From contig LCHW01000001.1 in the NCBI GenBank assembly GCA_001000675.1, positions 289,424-353,423 on the forward strand: a stretch of DNA of 64,000 nt. The letters run 5' to 3'. Positions 1 to 10,206 of the stretch are shown here, piece by piece. Position numbers and translations under genes: made by a program. Source of the stretch: Candidatus Wolfebacteria bacterium GW2011_GWE2_44_13. GTDB lineage: Bacteria; Patescibacteriota; Minisyncoccia; UBA6257; UBA9933. Under the pieces are notes generated by a model, which did not search any database, was not told the DNA's origin, and saw only the letters and a program-made list of their open reading frames with translations. Within the stretch, counting starts at the first letter, position 1; every line of letters starts with the position of its first letter.

Positions 1-29
1 AGGGTTTTTTGTGATATATTTTCCACATT

Positions 30-1271
30 GTGAAAAAACACGCCAGACTTATTTTAACCGGTATTGTACTTGTAGCCGCTTTGGCTGCAGTGTTTGTTCT
101 CCCAATATCGAAAAAACCGTTTGATTTCGGAAAGCAGATCGCTCCATGGAGATTGGGGCTTGATCTTGTTGGTGGGTCGCATCTGGTCTATGAAGTAGAC
201 ATGTCTAATGTCACTGCAAGCGATCGTGATTCGGTCATGAGTGGATTAAAAGACGTTATTGAACGTCGCGTAAATTTATTCGGTGTTAGTGAGCCGCAGG
301 TTGTTACTGCACGAGAAGGAGATTCTTATCGCCTTATCGTTGAGCTTGCCGGTATTCCTGTTGATCAGGCTATTAAGCAAATCGGAGAAACTCCAATGCT
401 TGATTTCCGTGAAGTCATTGAAGTCGGTACATCGACCGCTTTCTTGCCGACACAGCTCACTGGGCGTTATCTAAAAAAGGCGCAAATGACTTTTGATCAA
501 ACAATTGGCACACCAAGCGTGAGCCTTGAGTTTAACGAAGAAGGTGCCGCATTGTTCGAAGAATTAACAGGGCGCAATGTTGGAAAACCGATTGCAATCT
601 TTTTGGACGGACAGCCAATTGAAGTTCCTACTGTAAGCGAAAAAATTTCCGGAGGAACCGCGCAGATTACGGGTAAGTTTACTACTGACGAAGCCCGTAA
701 GATGGTAGAGCGATTTAATGCGGGTGCACTATCTGCTCCTATGGAGTTAGTGAGTCAGCAAACTGTTGGTGCAAGTCTTGGACAAGAGTCATTAAAGAAA
801 GCAGTTAACGCGGGACTTCTTGGAACCATTATCATTATGTTGTTCATGCTCGCATATTATCGCGGGTTTGGATTATACGCATCAATTGCGTTGATTATTT
901 ACATCTTCCTATCATTGGCAATATTTAAGCTTGGTGTCACTATGACCCTTGCTGGTATTGCAGGATACATTCTTTCTATCGGTATGGCTGTTGATGCAAA
1001 CGTGCTTATCTTCGAGCGCACTAAGGAAGAATTGAAAAAAGGTATTTCGAAGTCTGCTGCAATTGAAGAAGGATTTCGCCGTGCATGGCCTTCAATTCGC
1101 GACTCAAACATCTCGACGGGCATTACCTGCGCAATCTTGTTTGTTACTACTTCGAGCTTTGTGAAAGGATTTGCATTGACGCTTGGTATCGGTGTGCTTG
1201 TGAGTATGTTCACGGCAATTACCGTAACTAGATTGCTCATGTACACAATCGCTTTAAAAGCAAAAAAGTAA
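30..1271 (+). CDS. secD: Protein translocase subunit SecD
   Basis: LGLDLVGG motif, GMAVDANVLIFER, IRDSN, KGFALTLGIG; adjacent to secF. Confidence 0.97.
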   Translation: MKKHARLILTGIVLVAALAAVFVLPISKKPFDFGKQIAPWRLGLDLVGGSHLVYEVDMSNVTASDRDSVMSGLKDVIERRVNLFGVSEPQVVTAREGDSYRLIVELAGIPVDQAIKQIGETPMLDFREVIEVGTSTAFLPTQLTGRYLKKAQMTFDQTIGTPSVSLEFNEEGAALFEELTGRNVGKPIAIFLDGQPIEVPTVSEKISGGTAQITGKFTTDEARKMVERFNAGALSAPMELVSQQTVGASLGQESLKKAVNAGLLGTIIIMLFMLAYYRGFGLYASIALIIYIFLSLAIFKLGVTMTLAGIAGYILSIGMAVDANVLIFERTKEELKKGISKSAAIEEGFRRAWPSIRDSNISTGITCAILFVTTSSFVKGFALTLGIGVLVSMFTAITVTRLLMYTIALKAKK

Positions 1272-1295
1272 CCTTAGTCACTATTTAATCGGTCT

Positions 1296-2183
1296 ATGAA
1301 TATCATAAAAAACAAAGCATGGTTTCTCGGATTTTCCGGCCTATTGATTGTAGCGAGCATTGCTGCACTAGCGCTGTTTGGGCTGAAGACGGGCATCGAT
1401 TTCCGAGGAGGAGCGATGTGGCAAGTTAAGCAGGTTTCTGGAGAGGTTATTATGGATGATGTGGCGTTGAAGAATTTTCTTACCACAAATCTTGAAGATA
1501 AGAATTTTGTGCTGTTTCCTGTTGCAGAAGGGGGATACCTTATCCGCATGGCCGCCGTTTCTGAGGAAATGCACCAACAGTATTTGAGTGATTTGCGAAC
1601 CACGTTTGGCACTATCGAAGAAGGACAATTTCAATCAATTGGTTCTACGATTGGTCAGGAGCTGAAGAACAAGTCACTTTGGGCTATCGTGTACGTTGTT
1701 TTGGGTATTTCTTTGTATGTCACGTATGCATTTCGAAAAGTTTCCTATCCGGTTAAGTCTTGGAAGTACGGTGTCATTACCTTGATAACGCTGTTACATG
1801 ACGTAATTGTGCCGGCAGGAGTATTCGCAGTTCTTGGGTGGAAGTTTGGCATTGAAATAGACACCAATTTTATTGTCGCGTTGCTCGTGGTTATGGGCTT
1901 TTCTGTGCACGATACTATCGTTGTGTTTGACCGAGTTCGTGAAAATGTGCTCAATCACAGTGCGAATACTTCATTTGCCGAGGTTGTAAACAAGAGTATT
2001 AACCAGACATTTGCACGTTCTATCAATACGTCGTTGACCGTTTTGGTTGTACTTGTCGCTCTGTATTTCTTTGGCCCAGCTACTTTACAGTACTTTGTTC
2101 TTACCTTGCTTATCGGTATTGCAATGGGAACATACTCGTCAATATTCGTTGCGAGCCCGCTCTTGACAATATTTCGTAAATGA
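1296..2183 (+). CDS. secF: Protein translocase subunit SecF
   Basis: GIDFRGG, HDTIVVFDRVRE, RSINTSLT, GTYSSIFVA motifs. Confidence 0.97.
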   Translation: MNIIKNKAWFLGFSGLLIVASIAALALFGLKTGIDFRGGAMWQVKQVSGEVIMDDVALKNFLTTNLEDKNFVLFPVAEGGYLIRMAAVSEEMHQQYLSDLRTTFGTIEEGQFQSIGSTIGQELKNKSLWAIVYVVLGISLYVTYAFRKVSYPVKSWKYGVITLITLLHDVIVPAGVFAVLGWKFGIEIDTNFIVALLVVMGFSVHDTIVVFDRVRENVLNHSANTSFAEVVNKSINQTFARSINTSLTVLVVLVALYFFGPATLQYFVLTLLIGIAMGTYSSIFVASPLLTIFRK

Positions 2184-2223
2184 AGTAGAGTTTAATCACA
2201 CTAAATTGGTAGGTTAAAACACT

Positions 2224-3252
2224 ATGAAGAACGTAGGAAACATAATCGAACACGTAACACACACCCTCTCTGCCCGACAACGAGAAATCGTTGAGGAGCG
2301 GTTTGGGCTTCGGGATAACCAGGAAAAGACCTTACAGGAGCTTGGCGAGCGCAACGGGATTACCCGAGAGCGCGTTCGTCAAATCGAAGCTGAAGGGCTT
2401 CGTTTGGCACGGGAGCATTTTAAGGATAGTGATGGCGACCAGTTGGTTGCTATTGCGAAAGCACACTTAACATCATTAGGTGGCATCCGTAAGGAAAACG
2501 ATTTTGTAAAGGATATGCAGACCATCCTTAAGGATGATTCTGTAAATCAGTGTCAACTTCGCTTCTTGTTCAAGATTGCTGGTGAGCCAATGCACTACAA
2601 CGAAGACGATAGTTTCTATAGCTTCTGGTGCTTAGACAAAGCAATCATCAAGAAAGCAGAAACATTTATCGAAAAGGCAGTAAAGTTTTTTGGAGGGAAA
2701 AAGGAAGAGCTTGTATTTAAAGGCCAGTTCGATCCTCACTTTAAACAGCTTGCGACAGCCTCGAATGTTGATCTCGTTGCGGGTATGGATTACCTGAGCA
2801 TTTCTAAGAAGTTTGCTACCAATCCTTATTCTGATTTTGGACTTTCCCATTGGGAAGAAATAACTCCAAAGACGGCACGCGCAAAGGCATATTTGATCTT
2901 GCGAAAGCATGGCAAGCCAATGCACTTCCGTGACATTGCAGGGACTATTAATACCACTGGATTTGATAAAAAGCCGGTATACGCACAAACAATTCATAAC
3001 GAATTAATCAAGGACAATCGTTTTGTCTTGGTTGGACGAGGTATGTATGGTTTGACTGAACATGGATTTTTCCCAGGAACTGCGAAGGATGTTATCCGAC
3101 AAGTTCTTATTGATAACGGACCGCTTGCACAGCAAAATGTTGTACAGATGGTTTCATCACAGCGATTTCTTAAAGAAAATACTATTTTGCTTAACTTGCA
3201 AAACAAGAAACACTTCAAGCGCTTAGAAGACGGAACATATCACGTTGCATAA
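2224..3252 (+). CDS. Sigma-70 region-4 HTH fused to C-terminal HARE-HTH/RNAP-delta-like winged helix (CPR-type)
   Basis: N-terminal RFGL..KTLQELGERNGITRERVRQIE (sigma4); C-terminal KPMHFRDIA..HNELIKDNRFVLVGRGMYGL; no sigma2 region. Confidence 0.8.
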   Translation: MKNVGNIIEHVTHTLSARQREIVEERFGLRDNQEKTLQELGERNGITRERVRQIEAEGLRLAREHFKDSDGDQLVAIAKAHLTSLGGIRKENDFVKDMQTILKDDSVNQCQLRFLFKIAGEPMHYNEDDSFYSFWCLDKAIIKKAETFIEKAVKFFGGKKEELVFKGQFDPHFKQLATASNVDLVAGMDYLSISKKFATNPYSDFGLSHWEEITPKTARAKAYLILRKHGKPMHFRDIAGTINTTGFDKKPVYAQTIHNELIKDNRFVLVGRGMYGLTEHGFFPGTAKDVIRQVLIDNGPLAQQNVVQMVSSQRFLKENTILLNLQNKKHFKRLEDGTYHVA

Positions 3253-3253
3253 T

Positions 3254-3285
3254 AAAAAAGAAGCACTAACTGTGCTTCTTTTTTT
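3254..3285 (+). terminator. Rho-independent terminator
   Basis: aaaaaagaagcac/gtgcttcttttttt inverted repeat right after stop. Confidence 0.75.
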
Positions 3286-3361
3286 AAACTATGTATTAGC
3301 ATGCTAGTTGGCATACGGTTGGTAAAACGGTATACTAGAAAGAGTAAATCATCGAGAGGAT

Positions 3362-4705
3362 ATGCAAGAAATTTTTAATTATTTATTTGGCGGGTTGCCT
3401 ATACCTGCGATTGTGAGTGAGATTGGACTCGGCATCTTGCAGAGTATCTTTGAGGTTTTTTCGTATGTATGGTGGATTGTGCTCCCCGTGTTTCTTTCCT
3501 TTTACTTATGGGATCTGTATGTTGCTGCAAATAAAAAAGCAGCGGGGAAGGCGGCAAAATCTGTCGTACTTGAACTTCGTATTCCAAAAGAGAATCTTCG
3601 CAGCCCAAAGGCTATGGAGCAGGTATTTGCCACACTCCACGGTACGTACGAGGGCGAGATTGGCTGGTGGGATAAAAACATCAAGGGCAAGTCGCAAAGT
3701 TCAATGTCGTTTGAAATGGTTGGACGCAGTGGCGGGGTCTATTTCTATATTCGCGTTCCCGATGGACAACGCAACTTAGTGGAGTCTGCTCTTTTTGCTC
3801 AATATCCGAACGCAGAAATTTCCATTGTCGATGACTATGTTGATTATTTGCCGGCGTCGCTTCCAAACCCCGTGTATGATGTGTGGGGCGCTGACCTGGT
3901 TCTTGATAAAGAGAGTGCATATCCGATAAAGACATACCTCTATTTTGAAGAAAAAGAAGAAGAGCAGCGTCTTGATCCGCTTACGGTTATTTTGGAAACC
4001 ATGTCAAAGTTGCGCGAGAATGAAATGATTTTCTTGCAATACGTTATCAAGGCAACGGGAGAAAAGACAAATGATTACAAAAAGAAAGGACAAGCAATCG
4101 TTGATAAGATGCTTGGCAGGGAAGTAAAGGAAGTTGTGGAGCTGGGTGTGTTTGAGCACTTGTTGTTGTGGGTGCAAAATTTCTTGACCGCGTTTATCGC
4201 TGAGCCGAAGTGGCCAGAACCACCTAAAAAGTCAGAAGCCGCTCCTAAGTCTATCGCATCCCTAAGCTTTACCGAAAAGGAAGTACTTGAAGGAATAGAA
4301 GGGAAAATTTCAAAGTTGTGTTTTGAAGTAAATGTACGTGCGGTGTATATCGACCGACAAGAGTCTTTTCATAAGGCGTATATTAGTGGTATTACAAGTG
4401 CGTTTAAGCAATTTGGATCACATCACATCAATTCATTTAAAACAAACAAAGATACATCAGTAAGCCCACCGAAAGGATTTAAGGCATGGGTATTCTCTGA
4501 TTGGAAAAAACAGCAGGAATATTTGAAAAAGCGTGCGATGTTTACTGCATATAAGGAGCGATCGATGATTAAAAAACCGCCCGTTTTCTCTATTGAAGAA
4601 TTAGCAACACTCTATCACGTACCGACATCGTTGGTGGGTGCTCCAAGTATGCGACGTATTGAGGCAAAGAAAGGCGAGCCACCAGAGAATTTACCTATTG
4701 GATAA
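3362..4705 (+). CDS. Conserved CPR membrane protein, partner of the downstream TraD-like ATPase
   Basis: N-terminal TM; LELRIPKE..SPKAMEQVF, SFEMVG, EELATLYH, C-terminal PPENLP. Confidence 0.7.
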   Translation: MQEIFNYLFGGLPIPAIVSEIGLGILQSIFEVFSYVWWIVLPVFLSFYLWDLYVAANKKAAGKAAKSVVLELRIPKENLRSPKAMEQVFATLHGTYEGEIGWWDKNIKGKSQSSMSFEMVGRSGGVYFYIRVPDGQRNLVESALFAQYPNAEISIVDDYVDYLPASLPNPVYDVWGADLVLDKESAYPIKTYLYFEEKEEEQRLDPLTVILETMSKLRENEMIFLQYVIKATGEKTNDYKKKGQAIVDKMLGREVKEVVELGVFEHLLLWVQNFLTAFIAEPKWPEPPKKSEAAPKSIASLSFTEKEVLEGIEGKISKLCFEVNVRAVYIDRQESFHKAYISGITSAFKQFGSHHINSFKTNKDTSVSPPKGFKAWVFSDWKKQQEYLKKRAMFTAYKERSMIKKPPVFSIEELATLYHVPTSLVGAPSMRRIEAKKGEPPENLPIG

Positions 4706-4721
4706 TTGTTCCTAAATACCC

Positions 4722-6593
4722 ATGAGTAACAAAGAAGTTTCAATTTTTGCAAAAACAAATTTTCGCAACCAAAGCGTTAATTTTGGTATCAAGGCGAATG
4801 ACCGATTGCGTCATATGTATCTTATTGGGAAGAGTGGTACGGGAAAAACGACGCTGATGAAAAACTTGATGATCAATGATATCAAGAACGGTTTCGGCGT
4901 TGCGGTGCTTGACCCACATGGAGAATTCGTGGAAGAGCTTTTGAAGCACGTGCCCGAAGACCGTATTAAGGATGTTATCTATGTGAATCCGTCTGATATT
5001 GAAAATCCGGTTGGCTTTAATCCGCTCGAGCGTGTTGGGGAAGAACACGCGCACCTTGTCGCTTCGGCCGTCATGGGCGTATTTCAAAAGATTTGGGTGG
5101 ATGCATGGTCCGCGCGTATGGAATACATTTTAAACAATACATTGTTGGCGTTGCTGGAATATCCAGGCACAACGCTCTTGAGTATTATGCGTATGCTTGC
5201 GGAGAAGGAATATCGTTTGAAGGTTGTGTCTAATTTGAAAGATCCGGTCATTAAATCGTTTTGGGAAAACGAGTTTGCAAAATATACCGACAAATTTATG
5301 ACCGAGGCCATCGCGCCGTTGCAAAACAAGGTTGGGCAATTTAGTTCCAACCCGGTCATCCGTAATATTATCGGGCAGCCAAAATCGACCATCAATATGC
5401 GCAAGGCAATGGATGAAGGAAAGATTCTTATCTGCAATCTTTCGCAGGGAAGATTGGGTGAGGACAATTCCGCACTGCTTGGCGCTATGATCATCACAAA
5501 GATTCAGCTTGCGGCAATGAGTCGTATTGATATGCCCGAGGCAGAACGAAGGCCATTCTTTCTATACATCGATGAGTTCCAAAACTTTTCGACGGGTGCG
5601 TTTACAAAGATTTTTGCTGAAGCCCGCAAGTATGGCCTTGGCCTGGTGCTCGCCCACCAGTACGTCGATCAGCTCAAACAGGAAGAAGGTCTTGCGGAAG
5701 CGATCGTCGGAAACGTCGGTACGTTGGCGATGTTCCGGGTTGGCTCAATTGACGCCATGTTCTTTGAACATGAGTTTGAACCCGAATTCACTCCGCAGGA
5801 TATGATTGGCTTATCAAATCGACATATTTATCTTAAATTATTGGTTGACGGTCAGGCATCTCGACCGTTTTCCGCCGAGACGCTGCCGCCGTATCCAATC
5901 CCACAGCCCAATTACGAGGACGTCATTATTGAAAATTCTCGGAGAAATTACTCAATGCCCAAGGCATTGGTTGATGAAATGATATCCAAAGAATACATGG
6001 GGTCGGGAAAAGCATCGATGGACGACAAGGTTATGCGCCGCGATGAAAAATCACTGGGGTCAATGCTAACTCCTCGCGAACATTCGGCGAAGCGTGACTA
6101 TCCAAGGCAAGATAACAACAATCGCTCTTCAGAGCGACCGAGACCGGCTACATCAAATACTTCTCCTGCAAAACCCGCTTTTGGTGGAGATAGGCGCGTT
6201 GATTCCAATCAGCAGCGACCCTTCGTCCGTCAGGTGACGGATCAGGGTAAGTCCATTGTTCGTCCGCCGATGCACCACGATAAAACGCCTAACCCTGATT
6301 CTGCGTTTGCTAAGATAGTTTCTGGGGAACCTATGTCTCGCCCTGTAACGAACCATGATCGGCCAAAGCATGTGTATGAAAAAAAGCCGGTCAATATTGA
6401 TGACTTGAAAAAGGCAATCGAAGAATCGTTGCAAAAAAGAAAGGAAATTAAGCCCTTCGACTCCGCTCCCTCCTTCGCTAAAGCTGCGGAAGGCAAGCAG
6501 AACAAGCCCCTCGGCGCTGCTCAGGACAAGCAGCCTGAAGAAAAGACTGTGCAACCACCAAAGGATATTGAGGGAAATAGCTCTACCCTTTGA
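4722..6593 (+). CDS. TraD/VirD4/HerA-like P-loop ATPase (type IV coupling DNA-binding domain) with low-complexity tail
   Basis: Walker A GKSGTGKT, LDPHGE, Walker B LYIDEFQNF, EARKYGL, AHQY. Confidence 0.85.
   Translation: MSNKEVSIFAKTNFRNQSVNFGIKANDRLRHMYLIGKSGTGKTTLMKNLMINDIKNGFGVAVLDPHGEFVEELLKHVPEDRIKDVIYVNPSDIENPVGFNPLERVGEEHAHLVASAVMGVFQKIWVDAWSARMEYILNNTLLALLEYPGTTLLSIMRMLAEKEYRLKVVSNLKDPVIKSFWENEFAKYTDKFMTEAIAPLQNKVGQFSSNPVIRNIIGQPKSTINMRKAMDEGKILICNLSQGRLGEDNSALLGAMIITKIQLAAMSRIDMPEAERRPFFLYIDEFQNFSTGAFTKIFAEARKYGLGLVLAHQYVDQLKQEEGLAEAIVGNVGTLAMFRVGSIDAMFFEHEFEPEFTPQDMIGLSNRHIYLKLLVDGQASRPFSAETLPPYPIPQPNYEDVIIENSRRNYSMPKALVDEMISKEYMGSGKASMDDKVMRRDEKSLGSMLTPREHSAKRDYPRQDNNNRSSERPRPATSNTSPAKPAFGGDRRVDSNQQRPFVRQVTDQGKSIVRPPMHHDKTPNPDSAFAKIVSGEPMSRPVTNHDRPKHVYEKKPVNIDDLKKAIEESLQKRKEIKPFDSAPSFAKAAEGKQNKPLGAAQDKQPEEKTVQPPKDIEGNSSTL
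6453..6530 (+). repeat. In-frame nested palindromic inserts (24+30+24 bp) in the ATPase tail
   Basis: cccttcgactccgct[ccctccttcgctaaagctgcggaaggcaag]cagaacaag followed by cccctcggcgctgctcaggacaag. Confidence 0.7.
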
Positions 6594-6699
6594 TTTTTGA
6601 GGAAAATTTGGTACAACAGTATACAAACGTAATTATTAATTATCTTCGGTGAGGCACTTAGCTACTTAGTACGGCGCCTTGCTCTGAGGAAAAATTCGC

Positions 6700-7272
6700 A
6701 TGTTAGATATTAACGATTTAGAAAAAGGAAGTTCTATTATTATGGATGGGGACCCGTTTACTGTCCTTGAAATTTCGCACCAACACGTAGGGCGTGGCGG
6801 TTCTTCTATACAGACAAAATTGAAGAATTTACGCACAGGGCAAGTGTTGTCGCGTAACTTTAAGCCAGCGGATGAATTTGAAGAAGCTGAAGTTGAGGAA
6901 TTAAAAGCAAAATATTTATATGTAGCGAAAGGGGAGTATTGGTTTTCTGAACTCGCAAATCCAGGTAAGCGCTTTAGCTTGACCGAAGAAACGATTGGCG
7001 ACCAAAAAGATTTTCTTAAGCCAGAAATGGAGCTTGTTGCACTTATTTTTAGCGAAAAGATTTTTGCTGTACGATTGCCAATTAAGATTGAATATCTTGT
7101 TGTTGAAGCTCCACCGGCGATTAAAGGGAACACTGCACAAGGGGGAACGAAGGTTGTTGTTATTGAATCCGGCGCAAAGGTAAACGTTCCGATGTTTATT
7201 GGTGAAAACGATATCATCCGCGTCAATACACAGACAGGTGAATATGCAGAACGTGTAGAAAAAGGGAAATAA
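6700..7272 (+). CDS. efp: Elongation factor P
   Basis: KLKNLRTG, PPAIKGNTAQGGTK, VPMFIGENDIIRVNTQTGEYAER. Confidence 0.95.
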   Translation: MLDINDLEKGSSIIMDGDPFTVLEISHQHVGRGGSSIQTKLKNLRTGQVLSRNFKPADEFEEAEVEELKAKYLYVAKGEYWFSELANPGKRFSLTEETIGDQKDFLKPEMELVALIFSEKIFAVRLPIKIEYLVVEAPPAIKGNTAQGGTKVVVIESGAKVNVPMFIGENDIIRVNTQTGEYAERVEKGK

Positions 7273-7286
7273 CAAAATTTGTAGGC

Positions 7287-7910
7287 ATGAATTTCTCTTC
7301 ACTACAAGCATTACTTTCTTCAGGCATTGATTTGATACCGTTCGCATTCTTTGTGGTAATGGTTATTAGTGCTGGATACGTATATCTTCGCTCTCCGTTG
7401 TTAGGCGGGCAGCGTTTAGCTGTATTTACCCGACTTATTGTTGCCGTGGTTAGTTTTCGCATTGCATTTGCTGCTGCAAAAAGCGGTTTACAATATTATG
7501 CTTGGGTGCAAGACGAGTTAGGAAAGTTACTGCTTCCGCCAACGCAACCTATCACGTATTTTTTTCAGTACATATGGACGCATTTTTGGGCCAATGTCGT
7601 TCTTTCGCTTGGGGTTGGATTACTTACGTTTATTGTCTTGCGTACTTTACAAAAAAAGAATCAACGATTCTTTGATGTGGGTGAAGTTGAGCTAGGCACA
7701 TTACTTGCGCTTGTTGTTGGGTGGCCCCATTTTGTTGTGTTTGTTCCGCTCGTTTTTGTACTTGTGGTGCTTATTAGCATTATTCGTGGCATCGTAGTAA
7801 AGGAACCGTTTACCACCCTTGGGTTACCCTTTATTGTCGCAGCATGTATTGCGTTATTTACTGCAGTGCCCGTACTTACGTTTCTGCACCTTGAGGAGTG
7901 GATTATGTAA
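7287..7910 (+). CDS. Polytopic membrane protein, possibly related to the prepilin peptidase A24 C-terminal region
   Basis: Multiple TM; GEVELG resembles GDVKL; LGLPFI resembles the PFGPF tail. Confidence 0.45.
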   Translation: MNFSSLQALLSSGIDLIPFAFFVVMVISAGYVYLRSPLLGGQRLAVFTRLIVAVVSFRIAFAAAKSGLQYYAWVQDELGKLLLPPTQPITYFFQYIWTHFWANVVLSLGVGLLTFIVLRTLQKKNQRFFDVGEVELGTLLALVVGWPHFVVFVPLVFVLVVLISIIRGIVVKEPFTTLGLPFIVAACIALFTAVPVLTFLHLEEWIM

Positions 7911-7959
7911 GAGTGCTTGGGGTTTACATTCTGTTGAATTTTGGTAGGCTATCGGGACT

Positions 7960-9048
7960 ATGGGTGCGCAAAAGAAAAAAGTTTTTGTCATGATGTCGGG
8001 TGGCGTTGATTCAAGCGTCGCCGCTTTTTTGTTGCGCGAGCAGGGAGCGTATGAAGTTATTGGCGTTTTTATTAAAGGCTATAACGTCGATGGCTGCCAA
8101 GACCGAGAAGCGGAGGATGCGCGAAGAGTTGCAGAGCACTTAAGAATTTCTTTTTATGTAATTGATCTTGAGGAAGAATACAAACATTTCGTAGTGGAGT
8201 ATTTGGTAAACGGGTATCGTAATGGTATTACGCCAAACCCAGATGTGATGTGCAATAAAGAAATAAAGTTTGGTGTATTTTTAGAAAAGGCGCTTGCGCT
8301 GGGTGCTGATTTTGTGGCTACGGGACACTACGTTCAAATTACAAGCACCAAGGTACAAGATGCAAACGGAGACACACAGGTTGTGCATGCATTACAACAG
8401 GGGGTTGATGAAAATAAAGACCAGAGCTATTTCTTATGGACGCTTACGCAAGATCAGCTACAGTACTGCTTGTTTCCAATAGGCGAGTATACTAAGCCTG
8501 AAATTCGGGTGATAGCCACTAACGCGGGTTTGCCGACGGCACAGAAAAAGGATTCTCAAGGAATTTGTTTTTTGGGAAATATTTCATTACGTGGATTTTT
8601 GGAACAGTACTTACCCAAAAAGCGCGGGGATATTATTACGATGGATGGCGTGAAAGTGGGTGAACATGACGGTGCATGGTTCTACACTATTGGCCAGCGA
8701 CACGGGCTCCATATTGGTGGAGGGCCAGCCTACTTTGTTATCAAAAAAGATGTATTAGATAATATCGTTACCGTTGCTCATGATGACCGATTACTCGCAC
8801 AGGTAATCAATTGTGTTGAGCTTGTTGATATGAATTTTATGGGCGCGCATGCTATCGATTGCCCGAAATCTATCCCCGTTATGGCACGTATTCGCTATCG
8901 CCAACCGTTGTTTTCTGCGACACTCATTGTAGAAGATGAACGGTATCAATTGCAATTTGATGCACCGCAGAAATTTGTTGCTTCGGGACAATCGGCTGTA
9001 CTGTATACTCCCGATGGAGTTGTCGTTGGCGGAGGGATTATCGCATAA
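7960..9048 (+). CDS. mnmA: tRNA 2-thiouridylase MnmA
   Basis: SGGVDS, TPNPDVMCN, ATGHY, KDQSYFL, KKDSQGICF, YTIGQR. Confidence 0.97.
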   Translation: MGAQKKKVFVMMSGGVDSSVAAFLLREQGAYEVIGVFIKGYNVDGCQDREAEDARRVAEHLRISFYVIDLEEEYKHFVVEYLVNGYRNGITPNPDVMCNKEIKFGVFLEKALALGADFVATGHYVQITSTKVQDANGDTQVVHALQQGVDENKDQSYFLWTLTQDQLQYCLFPIGEYTKPEIRVIATNAGLPTAQKKDSQGICFLGNISLRGFLEQYLPKKRGDIITMDGVKVGEHDGAWFYTIGQRHGLHIGGGPAYFVIKKDVLDNIVTVAHDDRLLAQVINCVELVDMNFMGAHAIDCPKSIPVMARIRYRQPLFSATLIVEDERYQLQFDAPQKFVASGQSAVLYTPDGVVVGGGIIA

Positions 9049-9105
9049 CAATTTTATTTTTTACGACAAAAAAATCGACGATTGCCGATTTTTTTGTAGC
9101 GCTCT

Positions 9106-9585
9106 TTATGGGCGAGCGATAAACCAAATGTTATTTACGCCGTGGCCTGTAGTGTCGCCGACGTTCACGTCTTTAATCCAAAAATAGAGCGGCATACCAT
9201 TATAGGTAAGCTGTATTGACCCATCCGCTCTTTGTACTGTTCCGACCTGCCCTGTGATCGTTGAGTCAGCTGCACGCGCTCCTTCTGCGGGGACGATATA
9301 GGGTGGCCAATTTGTGGCGCATGCCCCTGTGCAATTACTTATGCCGATTTTATCATTTGCAAATGTGTAGAGAGAAAAACCGTTTGCTCCAACGATATAG
9401 TTGCCAAGTGTTGCACTGGCCCCTATTTTTAGAACAGCTTCTGTTGCTGTGGCGGGCTGCTGGCGTTCGAGCGAAGTTGGTTCCTGAACCGATTGTGTTG
9501 GAAAGGTCGCCTGATAAGACATTATGTAATAAATGCCTCCAATGATAATAATTCCAACAATCACCCCAATAATTTTCTTATTCAT
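9106..9585 (-). CDS. Secreted repeat protein (COG4315/Lipoprotein_15-like)
   Basis: LYTFAND..CTGACATNWPP and QLTYNGMPLYFW.KD...GDTTG; start trimmed to MNKKII. Confidence 0.85.
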   Translation of the reverse strand: MNKKIIGVIVGIIIIGGIYYIMSYQATFPTQSVQEPTSLERQQPATATEAVLKIGASATLGNYIVGANGFSLYTFANDKIGISNCTGACATNWPPYIVPAEGARAADSTITGQVGTVQRADGSIQLTYNGMPLYFWIKDVNVGDTTGHGVNNIWFIARP

Positions 9586-9739
9586 ATTGTGTTTTTGAAA
9601 CAAATGAATTCGACCTTTATGGAAATGTCTTATAAGTAGTATAACAAAATATACCAACGCAATCTATCTTGATAGGTTTGATAAGTTAGTGTATAAAGAA
9701 CTTAGAATAGGGAAAATAAAAAGCAAGGAGGAAAAGCAG

Positions 9740-10078
9740 ATGGCGACGAGAATTTTTGATGAGAAAGCATTAGCAAAAGGCTATCCCATTCAGCCAAGGG
9801 ATATTGACTGGGAAAAAGATTTTTTGAGCATCTTTAGTCCTACTCCTACGGCCAATGCAGCCCGCACTCTTGGCAAGCTCGCACTTGAAAAAGGGGGTTG
9901 GGACCCGTTTACGAGAGAAGAAATTCGCAAGTTTTCTGGCAGCCTTCTCTTTTGCGGACTTTCGGGCGGAGATACATCATCCGCGGAAAAGCTCATTGTC
10001 CTTGGAAAGGATGGCAAGTACAGATATACGGAAGAATTTATCCGTCTCTGCCACTTGGCTTCTTTAACGGTTAAATAG
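9740..10078 (+). CDS. Hypothetical protein
   Basis: Clear aaggagg SD before ATG 9740; terminator downstream. Confidence 0.6.
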   Translation: MATRIFDEKALAKGYPIQPRDIDWEKDFLSIFSPTPTANAARTLGKLALEKGGWDPFTREEIRKFSGSLLFCGLSGGDTSSAEKLIVLGKDGKYRYTEEFIRLCHLASLTVK

Positions 10079-10206
10079 GTCTGTAGAGGTACTATCGAAG
10101 CCCTGCATTGCGTGGGGCTTCTTTTTTTATTGTAGACTCTTGCGGAATGGCGTATAAGAGGGGATCGGTTTAAACAATACAGTTAATAGCGTATAATAAG
10201 ACCATT

